From the NCBI GenBank assembly GCA_004764695.1, contig SMSO01000034.1, positions 2,418,001-2,482,000 on the forward strand: a DNA stretch of 64,000 bases. Reading direction: 5' to 3'. The translations under genes were made by a program, and so were the position numbers. Positions 1-10,894 of the stretch are shown here, piece after piece (the first letter of the stretch is position 1; every line of letters begins with the position of its first letter). The notes under the pieces are model-generated. The model had not been told where the DNA came from. It was given only the letters and a program-made list of their open reading frames with translations, and did not search any database. The stretch is from Schizochytrium sp. TIO01 (Eukaryota > Protista > Bigyra: Labyrinthulomycetes).

Positions 1-3000
1 CAGCAAGCTCCCACATATGTAACATGCGATCAACAAACCACCAACGCATGTGCGCAATCGAATTAATGCGAATTTCACGAGGAGCCCAGCGGCCGAGAAA
101 AGACCACTTGATAAGAATAGTGAGGATAGTAAAAGAGAGCAGCCAAATTGGGATTACGAAAGGAACAAGTAAACCGAACATCTTGACTGAATTTGTCACA
201 TTGTAAGATGTCCACGGCTGAGGCAGATTTGATTCATACCGGATGTAGTAGCCATAGTGATATGCTGGAATAATTGCTACTGACATCGTAAAGAAGATTG
301 CCCATATCCCGATGAATTGTAGAAAGGTGGCAAAAGGCGAAGGCAGTTCTATTGAGTTTGACATAGGAAGCTCGTCTAAAGTGATGCATTGGGTGCGTTT
401 TATTTCAACTGCCTCTGCAAGTTTGCGAATTGTTCGATGCTTAGCAATAAAGTCTGGGTCCAAAGGCTCGTCAGATTTTGTCAATCGCTCTAGTTCGGAG
501 GTAATTTTGACCATTGCCATGGAGCTAATTCCAGCATCGAAAAGATCGTCATCGAGTTGTAATGTTGGAGCTTGAATAGAGCGTTTGACGCATTGAAATA
601 GCCACTCCATTCTTTCTTCAGGAGTATCCCCTACGTCATCTAACGAATCAAGCTCTCCCTCACTTTCTGGCTCTGGGCTTGCAAACATCTCTGGCCAAAT
701 TTCCCTTCCATAATTTTCACCTAAGAGATTATCGTTCCCGTTTCGGAGATGCTCACGAATCGTATCACAAGTTGCTTGAAGTGAAGTTGGTGCACACTCT
801 TGTTCTTGCGACGCATAAAGTCGCATGAACGTTTGTACAATGTCACCACTCTGCCCATTTTGCTTCATGCAAGTTGATGCGTGTTCAAGAGCTGTGTCCA
901 AAGCATTCATGTTCGAAACCATAGTATCGGTGAAGCAGCTAAAGACATGGCTCGTTTGGGATCCAAGTTGTAGAATGAGAGTGTTCACACGAGCAACGTG
1001 AAACTCCCTGAGGGATGTTGACCCCATTACACTCGGAAGCAGGAGCAAGGCTTGCGTAGATAGGTCTTGCGGAAGGTTATTCTGGGGTCGGTAGCATTCC
1101 ATGAAAACATAGTTCCATGCTACACAAACCTCAATTATAGACTTGAAGTCATCATCCACAGGCTTGCTTAGCATTTCCTTGACAAGCTTTTCGGCACAGT
1201 TTACTGTCGATGCTCTTGATGTAGCACCTTTCAAAAGTTCGGCATTCATTCCAATGAGAATGTTGAGCTCCATCTCACGTTTTATCTCTTCATCAGACAA
1301 TTGAAAATTGCCAGCCTGAAGGTTCAGGTTTGCACATTTAGCAAGCAGCCCACTCTGGACATAAGCGAACCATGACCGCTGTTTGCAGGCAAGCATCGTT
1401 TCGGGCAATGTCCCAAGGATTCTTGTCAATATCTGGCGAAAAATACCTTGATCATGCTGCATAAGCTGCACAATATCTTCAGCTAAGTAAATATAACTAA
1501 GAACGCCGATGAGGTTATCTTTCCCACTTCCCGGTGGCAATTTAGCTGCGCATACTACTTGGCCAAGAAAACTTGCAAGGGTACTTCGTGTGCTAAGTAT
1601 AGCCTGAAAAGTTTCCACGATAGGAATCAAAGACTCAGGTTCATGCATACAAGGCATAGCTTCAATCGCTTCAACCCCTTCAAGATTCAGCTCTTTGGCA
1701 ATCTGCTGCATCTGCTCTGGCTTAGTAAATAATTCCATCTTCAACATAACATCCATGAAATCATCAATCTCTTCTCGTCCTGCTGCAGCTTGGGGAGCGA
1801 TACTTTGTACGAGGATGGAAAGTTCATTACGAACGTACGAATCTCTTGTGCCTCGGCGCTTGATTTTCCCACTCGTTGTCTTTGGAATGCTTCGAGGCTT
1901 GATGAGAACAATGTCGTACGGCCGAAGGCTGTGCTCACTGATGATGTTAGCACGAATTTGCTCTGCGAGCCCGGTAGCATCCTTAACTTTTGGATCGCGA
2001 ACCTCAGCAACAACTACAACGTCCTCTGTGTTCTCTAACGCAAATACTGCGCAGCAACCCGGCCGAATCTCTTCGCTTGTAGCATCAACGGTCAGTTCCA
2101 CATCCTGGGGAAAGATATTGCGCCCTCGGACGATCATCATGTCTTTAATTCGACCACAGATAAAAAGCTCTCCTTTATGAAAGAAACCCATATCCCCTGA
2201 ACGGAGGTACGTTTTGCCATCAGGCTGTGCTAGCTCAGCATTGAGCTCTTCCTTTGATTGTTTTGGACGATTCATGTACTTGCTCACTTTAGTTGGTCCG
2301 GTTACCCAAACCTCTCCAACAGTGTCAGTTGGAAGCTTTTCGAGACTATCTGGATGAACGATTAGCACTTCAATGTCATAGCCCGGCTCGCCATTACCAG
2401 CAATGTCGATTCCCTCATCTTTTGGATCTACAATTTCAATCGTTGTTCCAGGCTCGCGAGTATAGGTTGCACTAAGCCGAATGATCAAAGGTGGGGTTTG
2501 CGAACGATGCGTGGAGATTAGCACAACATTTTCCGCCATACCGTAGAACGGATCGAGGTACTCAGGTTTTACACCCTGGTCAGCAAAAGTTTCAGCAAAG
2601 TGGTGAAGTGTTTCCACCCGGACAGGCTCTGCCCCATTGGAGTAACGCGTGCATGATGATAAATCTAGTTCTGCGCGCTTTTTGGACGAAATCTTACGAA
2701 CTGCCAAAGCATATGCAAAATTTGGTGCACAGGTAGTAGTTCCTTGGTATTTAGAAATGGCGTTCAGCCAGATGAAGGGGTCGCGTAGAAAGGTAACAGG
2801 AGACATTGCAACCATTAAACATCCCGAGAAAATTGTAGTGAGGATTGCACCGACAAGGCCCATATCGTGGTAGAAGGGAACCCACGTAACGCCTACAGTG
2901 TTCTCTGTCATGCCCATTGATTGTTTAATACTAGCCAGATTACTGTTGAGATTGCCATGAGTAACACACACACCCTTGGGATCTCCAGTGCTTCCACTGG

Positions 3001-3514
3001 AAAATTGGACAAATGCAACATCATCTTTTGCAACAGGCATCGAAATAGAAATACTTTTCGCTCTCTTAGCCTTGCCAATGTCAAACCACTTCAGATTCTT
3101 TGGAAATTTGCCGATGCCTATGATGAATCGTCTGACATGCATAAATTTGGAGTGTGAAAGAACTACCTCAACATTAGTGACCTCAACAGCTTTACTTAGC
3201 TTAAGTAAACCAGCTTTAGGTGTGTTTGGATCAGGTGGATAAACAGGCACAGCAACATAGCCACCTAAGAGACACGCTAGCATGGCAACCACAAAATCGG
3301 TGCCAGGAAAGAATACCAGAAGGACATGTTCTCCCATTTTCATTTTCCATTTGGTTTTCATCATCGATGCTAGACCTTGGGCACGAAAGTAAAGATCACC
3401 GCGCGTCAGCACGGAAGATTCTTTTCCCTTGTCATCTAGCCAGATTAACATTCGTCGGTCAGGTTGTTCACTCGCAAAGCGAGCAATTAGCTCACGGACA
3501 TCCTGGTTTGCCAT
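1..3514 (-). CDS. FAAL-insert-ACP-membrane/LbH enzyme, paralog A (3' part runs off the window)
   Basis: ATG at 3514 reads MANQDVRELIARFASEQPDRRMLIWLDDKGKE. It contains FVQFSSGSTGDPKGV, WVPFYHDMGLVG, FYGMAEN, YLRSGDMGF, PKTTSGKIKR and the ACP motif DDDLFDAGISSM. It is collinear with 5555..10894 and is missing from the ORF track because no stop falls inside the window. Confidence 0.9.
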   Translation of the reverse strand, partial: MANQDVRELIARFASEQPDRRMLIWLDDKGKESSVLTRGDLYFRAQGLASMMKTKWKMKMGEHVLLVFFPGTDFVVAMLACLLGGYVAVPVYPPDPNTPKAGLLKLSKAVEVTNVEVVLSHSKFMHVRRFIIGIGKFPKNLKWFDIGKAKRAKSISISMPVAKDDVAFVQFSSGSTGDPKGVCVTHGNLNSNLASIKQSMGMTENTVGVTWVPFYHDMGLVGAILTTIFSGCLMVAMSPVTFLRDPFIWLNAISKYQGTTTCAPNFAYALAVRKISSKKRAELDLSSCTRYSNGAEPVRVETLHHFAETFADQGVKPEYLDPFYGMAENVVLISTHRSQTPPLIIRLSATYTREPGTTIEIVDPKDEGIDIAGNGEPGYDIEVLIVHPDSLEKLPTDTVGEVWVTGPTKVSKYMNRPKQSKEELNAELAQPDGKTYLRSGDMGFFHKGELFICGRIKDMMIVRGRNIFPQDVELTVDATSEEIRPGCCAVFALENTEDVVVVAEVRDPKVKDATGLAEQIRANIISEHSLRPYDIVLIKPRSIPKTTSGKIKRRGTRDSYVRNELSILVQSIAPQAAAGREEIDDFMDVMLKMELFTKPEQMQQIAKELNLEGVEAIEAMPCMHEPESLIPIVETFQAILSTRSTLASFLGQVVCAAKLPPGSGKDNLIGVLSYIYLAEDIVQLMQHDQGIFRQILTRILGTLPETMLACKQRSWFAYVQSGLLAKCANLNLQAGNFQLSDEEIKREMELNILIGMNAELLKGATSRASTVNCAEKLVKEMLSKPVDDDFKSIIEVCVAWNYVFMECYRPQNNLPQDLSTQALLLLPSVMGSTSLREFHVARVNTLILQLGSQTSHVFSCFTDTMVSNMNALDTALEHASTCMKQNGQSGDIVQTFMRLYASQEQECAPTSLQATCDTIREHLRNGNDNLLGENYGREIWPEMFASPEPESEGELDSLDDVGDTPEERMEWLFQCVKRSIQAPTLQLDDDLFDAGISSMAMVKITSELERLTKSDEPLDPDFIAKHRTIRKLAEAVEIKRTQCITLDELPMSNSIELPSPFATFLQFIGIWAIFFTMSVAIIPAYHYGYYIRYESNLPQPWTSYNVTNSVKMFGLLVPFVIPIWLLSFTILTILIKWSFLGRWAPREIRINSIAHMRWWFVDRMLHMWELA

Positions 3515-5554
3515 ACTGTCTGCGGTAGTGCGAAATGGCAAATGCTTTCTAAGTATAGGCAATAATTGCAATCAGCTTGTGACGATTATCGTGGTGTTTT
3601 TGAAACTAGGGGTTTTGCGCAGAAGCTTTCTGTGGCGTTACGAAGGCTTCTTCTTACAATTTCTAAGATCTTTACGACCTGATTTCTTTTTGACTGTGGC
3701 TATTTTTTAAATCCAAAGTTTCGGGTTTGCACGAAATGTTTCTCTGAAATTAGATTTTCCAGCCGCGGCGAGAGAAGAAAATATTATAGGAATATGTACC
3801 CGTAGTTGGCCTCCACTCAAGCAGGGGTAGACTTCGTTGATTGGTCGAGCTGCACACTTCGTTGATAGCTAGTCCAATCAAAGCAGCCTTTTCGTGAATC
3901 TAACACGGTGCAGGAATGTATTTTGCGAGATTTAGAGATTGAGCCTAAATGGAAATTGTATAATACCCTAGTGCAGCAGGTTTCTTCCAGCATTTTGTTA
4001 CCTTATTCATTATTAATCTTTCAGCATAGCGACATGACTGGATTCACACGAACATGACCACATTATTGAAGGTATGAAGGTATACCTTCTAATATAAGCC
4101 AAAGCGCGGATGTTGGAAGACCGTGGCTCGATGCAAAAAACCATATCTATCTTTGCTTTTAAGCATTGAGGGATTAGAGTCAATGACTTCCACAATCTCG
4201 CGCAACAATGAGTGAATATCACATGGCTTTCACATCCGGCTGCTCCGATCAATTCTTTTCTATCTATGTTCTCTTCCTTTGACAGAAAGAATAAAATGAT
4301 AAGAATTACCTTGTGGATTACCTAGGTCAAAACGATACCATCGTTTTTAGCACTATCTTGGTTAACAAGTACAAAATAAAAAGTCGCCTGGGTAGATGCC
4401 TCTGAGACACTTTTTTTTCCTTCCCCACAACTCTAATTTTTTTCCTATCCATTTTCATTTTGCCTCGTGTGAGCTGGTGCGATGGCATGAGTGTCAGATG
4501 GTGACAAAAATGATCTTGGCTCAACGGATTTATTCAGTCTGGAATATGGCTGTGGTCATCTGCTTTTCGCATTCTCTGCCTATTCCAAATGGCTCACTAT
4601 GTAACAGTTGTAATTGACTCCTAGTACCTCACTGGAGCGGCGCATTGACAATTTCTCGTAGAGGTCTCGCACCAGCCGATGAAAGATGTTATACTTGTTT
4701 TTTGGTTTTGATTTTGTTTTTTGTTTAATTTCAAAGGAAGCAGAAAGTCATCAAGGAGCTGCTGGGAGTATTAAGGCTCAAGCTGTTTTATAGTGGGAAG
4801 GTTTTGAAAGAGTCAACTGTCTGTCACAACGTGACTGCTAAGGGCGGTTGAGAAAAAACTCGGGTGGCAAAATAATTCAATAAGTTCATTTAAGTAATGA
4901 GGGGCCTAGTGTTGTTGAATACTTTTTCTCCCACGGAACAAGTACTCAAACTTCGCACCAAACGTAAGTCCTATGTGGGTATAGTGAAAGGTTATTTTAA
5001 AGAGCATTTCGTTCGCTAATCTGTGCTTTGTGCAACTGGGAAAGCAAGAACCATACCTCATGAATATAAACCGTAGTATATACCATCTATTGAACGAACT
5101 CAAGACTTTGCAGGTCGCTCTGCATGCACCGACAAAGTATTGATTAGAGTATTTTTGTATATGGTTAATCAACAAATTGATTTTTAGATAATTGGAAGGG
5201 GAATGTTTTAGTTTCCAACTTGATTGTCTGTGAGAATACCACAGATGCTACATAGGCGGATCAAATGAAAGGTCAGAAATCAGTAAAATATTGTACTTAT
5301 GCAGGACAGAAGTTTGCTGCTCTTGCATTTTGATGCTTTTGAAGAGAGGCGTTCTATTATCGACCCTTGTTGTGGTTAGTGTAGTGTGCGAGCAAAAACT
5401 GAGTATGGTATGTGCCCTAAAGTCAAAGATTATGCGAAAAGTATCTGAGGCGGCGCGAAGCCAGGCAGCACACTTCTGCCCCATTCCTTCTTCGGATATT
5501 GTTTTATCTAAGATTGCACATAGGTGGGCAGATAGTTATGTAGTTAGGTTTTAT

Positions 5555-8500
5555 CTAAATGTGATCCAAGACTACGACCTCGACATGCTCTTCCTCCGGC
5601 TGCATACCAGACAGAATCTTAATCTTGTCGTTCGATGCATTCTTGCCAATCATTTGCATAGCAAAACGGCGCGGATGTAAAACAGCACGATTAGCAACTA
5701 TACCATGCGCTAAACAAACAGCACCAGGATGCAAGAGAGCCTCGCTTTGCACCCGAGTTGGCCCCACATCAATGCCACCATTTGTAAATTGGTGGCCCGT
5801 TACGAAACTCCCGCAATCAATAATTGAGCCTTCGTCAATAGTGAGCAGCTGGTGTTCTCGGATTATCCCTGATTGAATGATTACGTTCGTACCAATATTA
5901 GCTCCCATAAATCTTGCAAAAACATTGTAGAATGGCGTACCGTGAGTTACTGGTAAGAGTAAGTTTTCAAAATACCAAGTATACAATTGGTACGTGCAGT
6001 AAAGGCTCATTCTGCATGGCAGCTGCTGTAAATCTCTACGTGTTCCAAGAATGCAAATGGTCATGATTTTTTGAACAATCATAAACATCAACATTGCTAG
6101 CACAAGACTAATGGCAATAAGAATAATTGCAGCGTTTCTCTCAGCATTTGAGTCGAAGAGGATATAATTGGCAAACTCGTAGGATGGAACTAGAGCAAAT
6201 ATTGCCATTGTCACAATTAGAATTCGCGCAAAAAGAACCATGATTTCGTCGAAGACAGTCCAGGCACCAGGTTTTGGCTTAACATCGATTGGAAATATCC
6301 CACCTTGAAATTTGCGATGACCTGAAGGAAGTGTCTCATCTCTTGTCAAAGTACTGAGACTACCAAGACTTGAGCCGCTTTCCATAACAGAACCGCGCTC
6401 AAGCATGGCAAGGAGACCAATCTCACAGCGATCACCAATGGTAATGTAGTCTCTCTCACCCTGTGTTTCTACTTCGACTAAAATGGGACTTGAAATAACA
6501 GTTTTCCCCATACGAATCATGTCTGCATTAGACGGACAAATCCATCGGAGTTCGGATGAAACGCAGCCTTCCCCAATAGAAGCTCCCAGACCACGAGCAT
6601 AAGCGTTAATTGTACGTGTCTCGCCAAGCAAAACAATCCATGTTGCATAAACAAGACCGTATAAATAATCTGCTGCCCATGCGAGAATACTAGGTGTGGA
6701 GCTAACAGGACCTGGGCGTAGACGACCAATTAATATCCATTTCATCGCCACAGCTACAAGTGACATACAGAATCCTGTCACTAGGTAAGATGATGTCCAC
6801 GCGATGAGCTCTGCATAGCGAAAATGCTTGGGATAGCCACACGCATTCCAGATGAGCCAGTTTACTAGCGATACATTGAAATATACGACAAGAAGAACCA
6901 CCATAATGATAAATTTGGTAATCAGTTCATAGAGTGTAAACCACATATTTGGCTTGCTGTATGCAGTAGCTTCATCTCCAACTTGCTCTCCTTCACTCAA
7001 AACCTGTAGCACGCGCACTGAGGCTCCTTGGGCAACAACACAGCCAGGCATGATCACCGCACCTTGGCCAACTTGACTGCCTGCACCAAGTTTGACCTTG
7101 CGAAAACGCAACGTGCGATTTTGGGCATCAAAAACACGGCATAGGATTGTGCCTTTCACGTTCGCACCTTCCCCAATTTGGAAAAGATCTAGATCCCTTA
7201 ATAGTGTCTTCATTTTTGCCGTGGGGGAAATTTTCGCGCCAAGCAGAATGTAAAAAACTGTCAGCATCGGAGTGTTAATAAGCCAACGACCTACTGCGAG
7301 TTCCCAAATATGCAGTAGACGGTCAACGAACCACCATCGAAGATAGGGCAAAGAATAAATTCTGACCTCTCGAGGTGTCCAGCGTCCAACTACAAGCCAT
7401 TTGGCTATCCATGTTAACACAGTGAATGCCAATAGCCAGATTGGAATGCAAAAGGGCACAAGCAAGCCAAACATGTCAACGCTATCATTAACTTGGTAGG
7501 AAGACCACGGTGTGCGTAAGTCAGCGGTGTAGCGAATGTAATAGCCATAGTGATATGCTGGCAGGATGGCAGCTGCCATACAGAAAAAAATTACCCAAAT
7601 CCCAATAAATTGAATAAACAGCACAAGAGGGAGCGGCAAAACTTGAGCCTCAAAAAAGGGCACTTCATCAAGCTCGATTGACACAGCACGTTTTAGCTCA
7701 ACACCATGCGCAAGCTTTCGAATAGTCCGATGGGTTGCAATAAAATCAGGTTCTAATGGTTCATCTGAGCCAATCAGGAGTTCTACCTGAGAAGCAATAT
7801 CTACGATTGCAATCGAACTCATACCAGCCTCGAAAAGGTCGTCGTCGACATCTAAATCTGGGGCATTGATAGACTCCCGTGCACTAGCTAGAAGCCAAGC
7901 AAGGCGTTCCTCTGGACTATCTCCAGCCTTCGTAGCCGTCGAGGCTCTTGAAATGGTAAACAAACTGTCCCAAACGTTGTCGAAAATATTTGCACGTAAA
8001 TGCTGGTGTGCATTGTCCAGCACATAGCGACAACGTGAGATCATCGAAGCAGGGTCAGCAGAACGCTCTCCAGCCAGATAGTTTTCCGTATAGCAATCGA
8101 TCATGCGTCTGCTTAAAGACGGCCCGATAAAGCGCTGAATCGGGTCGATTGCGTTGTCGAAGTCGTGTTGCGTCCATGGAGTCCTGTTCGTATGAGAAAA
8201 CAGACGCGATGAACCAGACATTGCCATACTTAAAAGCAGAACAAAGTTTCGTGTATATGCAAAAGACATTATTGATGTCTCCTCAAGCACCGCGGGCACA
8301 AACATGGCAAGGGCGCATGCTTTGTTTCGCAAATTCGAATCTCCCTCTGGCGAAGAACTTAACATCGCAAAATTCCAGGCTATATGTGCTTCAATCAGCC
8401 CAGATGTGGAAACATCTTCTTGGTATCCTTCCACTGTGAGAACGCTTAAATCCGCACCACAGGAAGCTATGCGAGAACCATTTTCTGAGCGAAAGGCCAC

Positions 8501-10894
8501 TTTTGGTTCTTGATTGGCAACCAATGCAAAGATATCAAGCGCCATGATGCGTCTGAATGCTTCCTCTGATATGGTATCATGATTCTGCCTGCCATGTTGC
8601 TGAAGCAGAACTTTAGATGGTAAAGCAATGAGGCCAGCCCGAACCTGAGCAAGCCAACTTGTAGATTCTAGTGCGTCATCTCTTAAAACACTCAACAACT
8701 TCGCTACTACGTCGCAACAGATGCTTGAGTCTTGCATAAGTTGCAAGTAGTCTCCCATAAGTAGTAAGAAGCTTAGACAACCTCTACACAAATCTGCATC
8801 CAAAGATTCTTCTTCAAAATCTACCAGTAGGCGACCAAAGAAGTCCGAAAGCATGGGACGCGCTTGCAAAAGTGCTTTTAATTGGTCGATCAACGGTGTC
8901 AAGCTTATAGACTCTGTCATGTATGGAAGGGCCTCAAAAGCACACACCTGACTCAAATGCAACTCTTGCTTTAACTTTTGCATTTGCTTTGGTTCAGTAT
9001 ATAAATCCAAAGCCAGGGCATAATCAAAGAGTTGGCGTATATCTGCGGTGGAAACTTGTTCTTGGGGCTCAAGTTCAACCTCTTTAAATTCTTCCTTGAA
9101 CACCTTTTGCATGGCGGGGGTTGATGCTTGGGGAATCTTCTTTTGTGCAACAATATCTAGGGAACCGTTCAGAAAAGCTTCTCGAGTTGCTCGACGCTTG
9201 ATCTTTCCACTAGTGGTCTTGGGAATTGAACGCGGCTTAATAAGTACGACTGCAACTGGCCGAATACTATGGTCGCTGACAATGTGAGATGTGATTTCAT
9301 CAAGGAGCGCCGACGCAAATTTACACTTCGCGTCACGGACCTCAGCAACTACAACAACATCTTCGGTGCCCTCAAGAGCAAAGGCGGCACAACAACCAGG
9401 GCGAATCTCTGCACTCGTCTCGTCCACTGATACTTCAACGTCTTGTGGAAAGATGTTTCGCCCGCGGACAATGATCATATCCTTAATACGACCACATACA
9501 AAGACCTCACCTTGATGGAAGAAACCCATGTCTCCTGTTCGTAGATAAGATTTTCCTAGGTTTTCAGTATCAAGACTGCTATTTGAATCTCTGTTTGGCG
9601 CCAGTCGCGCATTTAGTTGCTCAGTAGATTGTTCTGGTTTGTCCATGTAATTAGCTACTTTAGAAGGACCAGCGACCCAAATCTCGCCAATTGTATCTTC
9701 GTCAAGTTGAACATGAGAGTCAGGGTGAACGATCGCAACTTCGATGTTGAACCCAGGCTCTCCATTTCCTGCGAGATCCTGTCCTTCTTCATTTGGACCT
9801 GCGAGCTCGATTTTGGTTCCAGGCTCTTTCGCGAAAGAAGCTTTCAAGCGAATAATAAGAGGAGGGCTAGGTTTGCGATGCGTTGAAATTAGAACGACAT
9901 TCTCTGCCATTCCATAAAAGGGATCGAGATACTCAGGCTTGACACCCTGGGGAGCGAAAGTCTTGAGAAATTCTTGAAGTGTCTCAACTCTAACAGGCTC
10001 GGCACCATTAGAGTACCGTATACACGAGCGGAGGTCAAGTTTAGCTCGTTTTGCAGCGGGGATTTTGCGCACTGCTAAAGCATACGCAAAATTAGGTGCG
10101 CAGGTAGTAGTCCCGCGATACTTTGAAATGGCATTCAACCAGATGAATGGATTCTGCAAAAATGTGATTGGAGACATTGCAACCATTGTACATCCAGAGA
10201 AGATTGTCGTTAGGATCGCACCGACAAGTCCCATATCATGATAGAATGGAACCCAGGTGACACCAACGGTAGCCTCCGTCATCCCCATGGAAGCTTGAAT
10301 GCTTGAGAGGTTACCTTGAAGATTTTCGTGTGTGACGCAGACACCTTTGGGGTCTCCAGTGCTTCCACTCGAGAATTGCACAAAAGCAAGACTATCGGCC
10401 CCAACCTGCATTGGTGTGTCAATAGAAGAGGCTGGCTTTACTTTTGAGCAGTCATGCCACTTGAGGCCTTGCGGAAATTTGCTTGTGCCAATGACCAGAC
10501 GCCGCACATGAAGAAACTTTGAATGGGAAAGAACAGTCTGCACGCGAGCTGTCTCGACAGCTTTGGCCAACTTTACGAGTCCCGGCTTTGCTCTATTCGG
10601 ATCCGGGGGATAAACAGGCACAGCTGCATAGCCACCAAGGAGGCATGCCATCATTGCAATTACAAAGTCTGTGCCTGGAAAAAATACCAAAAGAATTCGT
10701 TCGCCAGGTTCAAGTCTCCATTGTAATTTCATGGCTTGAGCAAGGCCCTGGGCTCGAAGGTAAAGGTCACTTCTTGTAAGCACGGAAGCTTCCTTGCCCT
10801 TGTCATCAAGCCAAATTAACATTCGCTTGTCTGGTTGTTCTTTTGCATAGCGAGCTAGGCGTGAGCGAACATCGTCGCTTATATTTGACGCCAT
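5555..10894 (-). CDS. 1779-aa fatty acyl-AMP ligase (FAAL) / helical insert / ACP / TM + hexapeptide-repeat (Pls-like NRPS terminal) enzyme, paralog B
   Basis: Adenylation motifs QFSSGSTGDPKG, PFYHDMGLVG, YGMAE followed by a FAAL-type insertion, YLRTGDMGF and PKTTSGKIKR. ACP motif LFEAGMSSI. Then three blocks of TM helices, each followed by LGAxIG and hexapeptide repeats. Confidence 0.92.
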   Translation of the reverse strand: MASNISDDVRSRLARYAKEQPDKRMLIWLDDKGKEASVLTRSDLYLRAQGLAQAMKLQWRLEPGERILLVFFPGTDFVIAMMACLLGGYAAVPVYPPDPNRAKPGLVKLAKAVETARVQTVLSHSKFLHVRRLVIGTSKFPQGLKWHDCSKVKPASSIDTPMQVGADSLAFVQFSSGSTGDPKGVCVTHENLQGNLSSIQASMGMTEATVGVTWVPFYHDMGLVGAILTTIFSGCTMVAMSPITFLQNPFIWLNAISKYRGTTTCAPNFAYALAVRKIPAAKRAKLDLRSCIRYSNGAEPVRVETLQEFLKTFAPQGVKPEYLDPFYGMAENVVLISTHRKPSPPLIIRLKASFAKEPGTKIELAGPNEEGQDLAGNGEPGFNIEVAIVHPDSHVQLDEDTIGEIWVAGPSKVANYMDKPEQSTEQLNARLAPNRDSNSSLDTENLGKSYLRTGDMGFFHQGEVFVCGRIKDMIIVRGRNIFPQDVEVSVDETSAEIRPGCCAAFALEGTEDVVVVAEVRDAKCKFASALLDEITSHIVSDHSIRPVAVVLIKPRSIPKTTSGKIKRRATREAFLNGSLDIVAQKKIPQASTPAMQKVFKEEFKEVELEPQEQVSTADIRQLFDYALALDLYTEPKQMQKLKQELHLSQVCAFEALPYMTESISLTPLIDQLKALLQARPMLSDFFGRLLVDFEEESLDADLCRGCLSFLLLMGDYLQLMQDSSICCDVVAKLLSVLRDDALESTSWLAQVRAGLIALPSKVLLQQHGRQNHDTISEEAFRRIMALDIFALVANQEPKVAFRSENGSRIASCGADLSVLTVEGYQEDVSTSGLIEAHIAWNFAMLSSSPEGDSNLRNKACALAMFVPAVLEETSIMSFAYTRNFVLLLSMAMSGSSRLFSHTNRTPWTQHDFDNAIDPIQRFIGPSLSRRMIDCYTENYLAGERSADPASMISRCRYVLDNAHQHLRANIFDNVWDSLFTISRASTATKAGDSPEERLAWLLASARESINAPDLDVDDDLFEAGMSSIAIVDIASQVELLIGSDEPLEPDFIATHRTIRKLAHGVELKRAVSIELDEVPFFEAQVLPLPLVLFIQFIGIWVIFFCMAAAILPAYHYGYYIRYTADLRTPWSSYQVNDSVDMFGLLVPFCIPIWLLAFTVLTWIAKWLVVGRWTPREVRIYSLPYLRWWFVDRLLHIWELAVGRWLINTPMLTVFYILLGAKISPTAKMKTLLRDLDLFQIGEGANVKGTILCRVFDAQNRTLRFRKVKLGAGSQVGQGAVIMPGCVVAQGASVRVLQVLSEGEQVGDEATAYSKPNMWFTLYELITKFIIMVVLLVVYFNVSLVNWLIWNACGYPKHFRYAELIAWTSSYLVTGFCMSLVAVAMKWILIGRLRPGPVSSTPSILAWAADYLYGLVYATWIVLLGETRTINAYARGLGASIGEGCVSSELRWICPSNADMIRMGKTVISSPILVEVETQGERDYITIGDRCEIGLLAMLERGSVMESGSSLGSLSTLTRDETLPSGHRKFQGGIFPIDVKPKPGAWTVFDEIMVLFARILIVTMAIFALVPSYEFANYILFDSNAERNAAIILIAISLVLAMLMFMIVQKIMTICILGTRRDLQQLPCRMSLYCTYQLYTWYFENLLLPVTHGTPFYNVFARFMGANIGTNVIIQSGIIREHQLLTIDEGSIIDCGSFVTGHQFTNGGIDVGPTRVQSEALLHPGAVCLAHGIVANRAVLHPRRFAMQMIGKNASNDKIKILSGMQPEEEHVEVVVLDHI

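Noticed and set aside
24-3710. Many short plus-strand ORFs
   Set aside because: They are antisense shadows of the minus-strand FAAL gene. The same applies to short ORFs overlapping the other long genes, such as 53573..54361.
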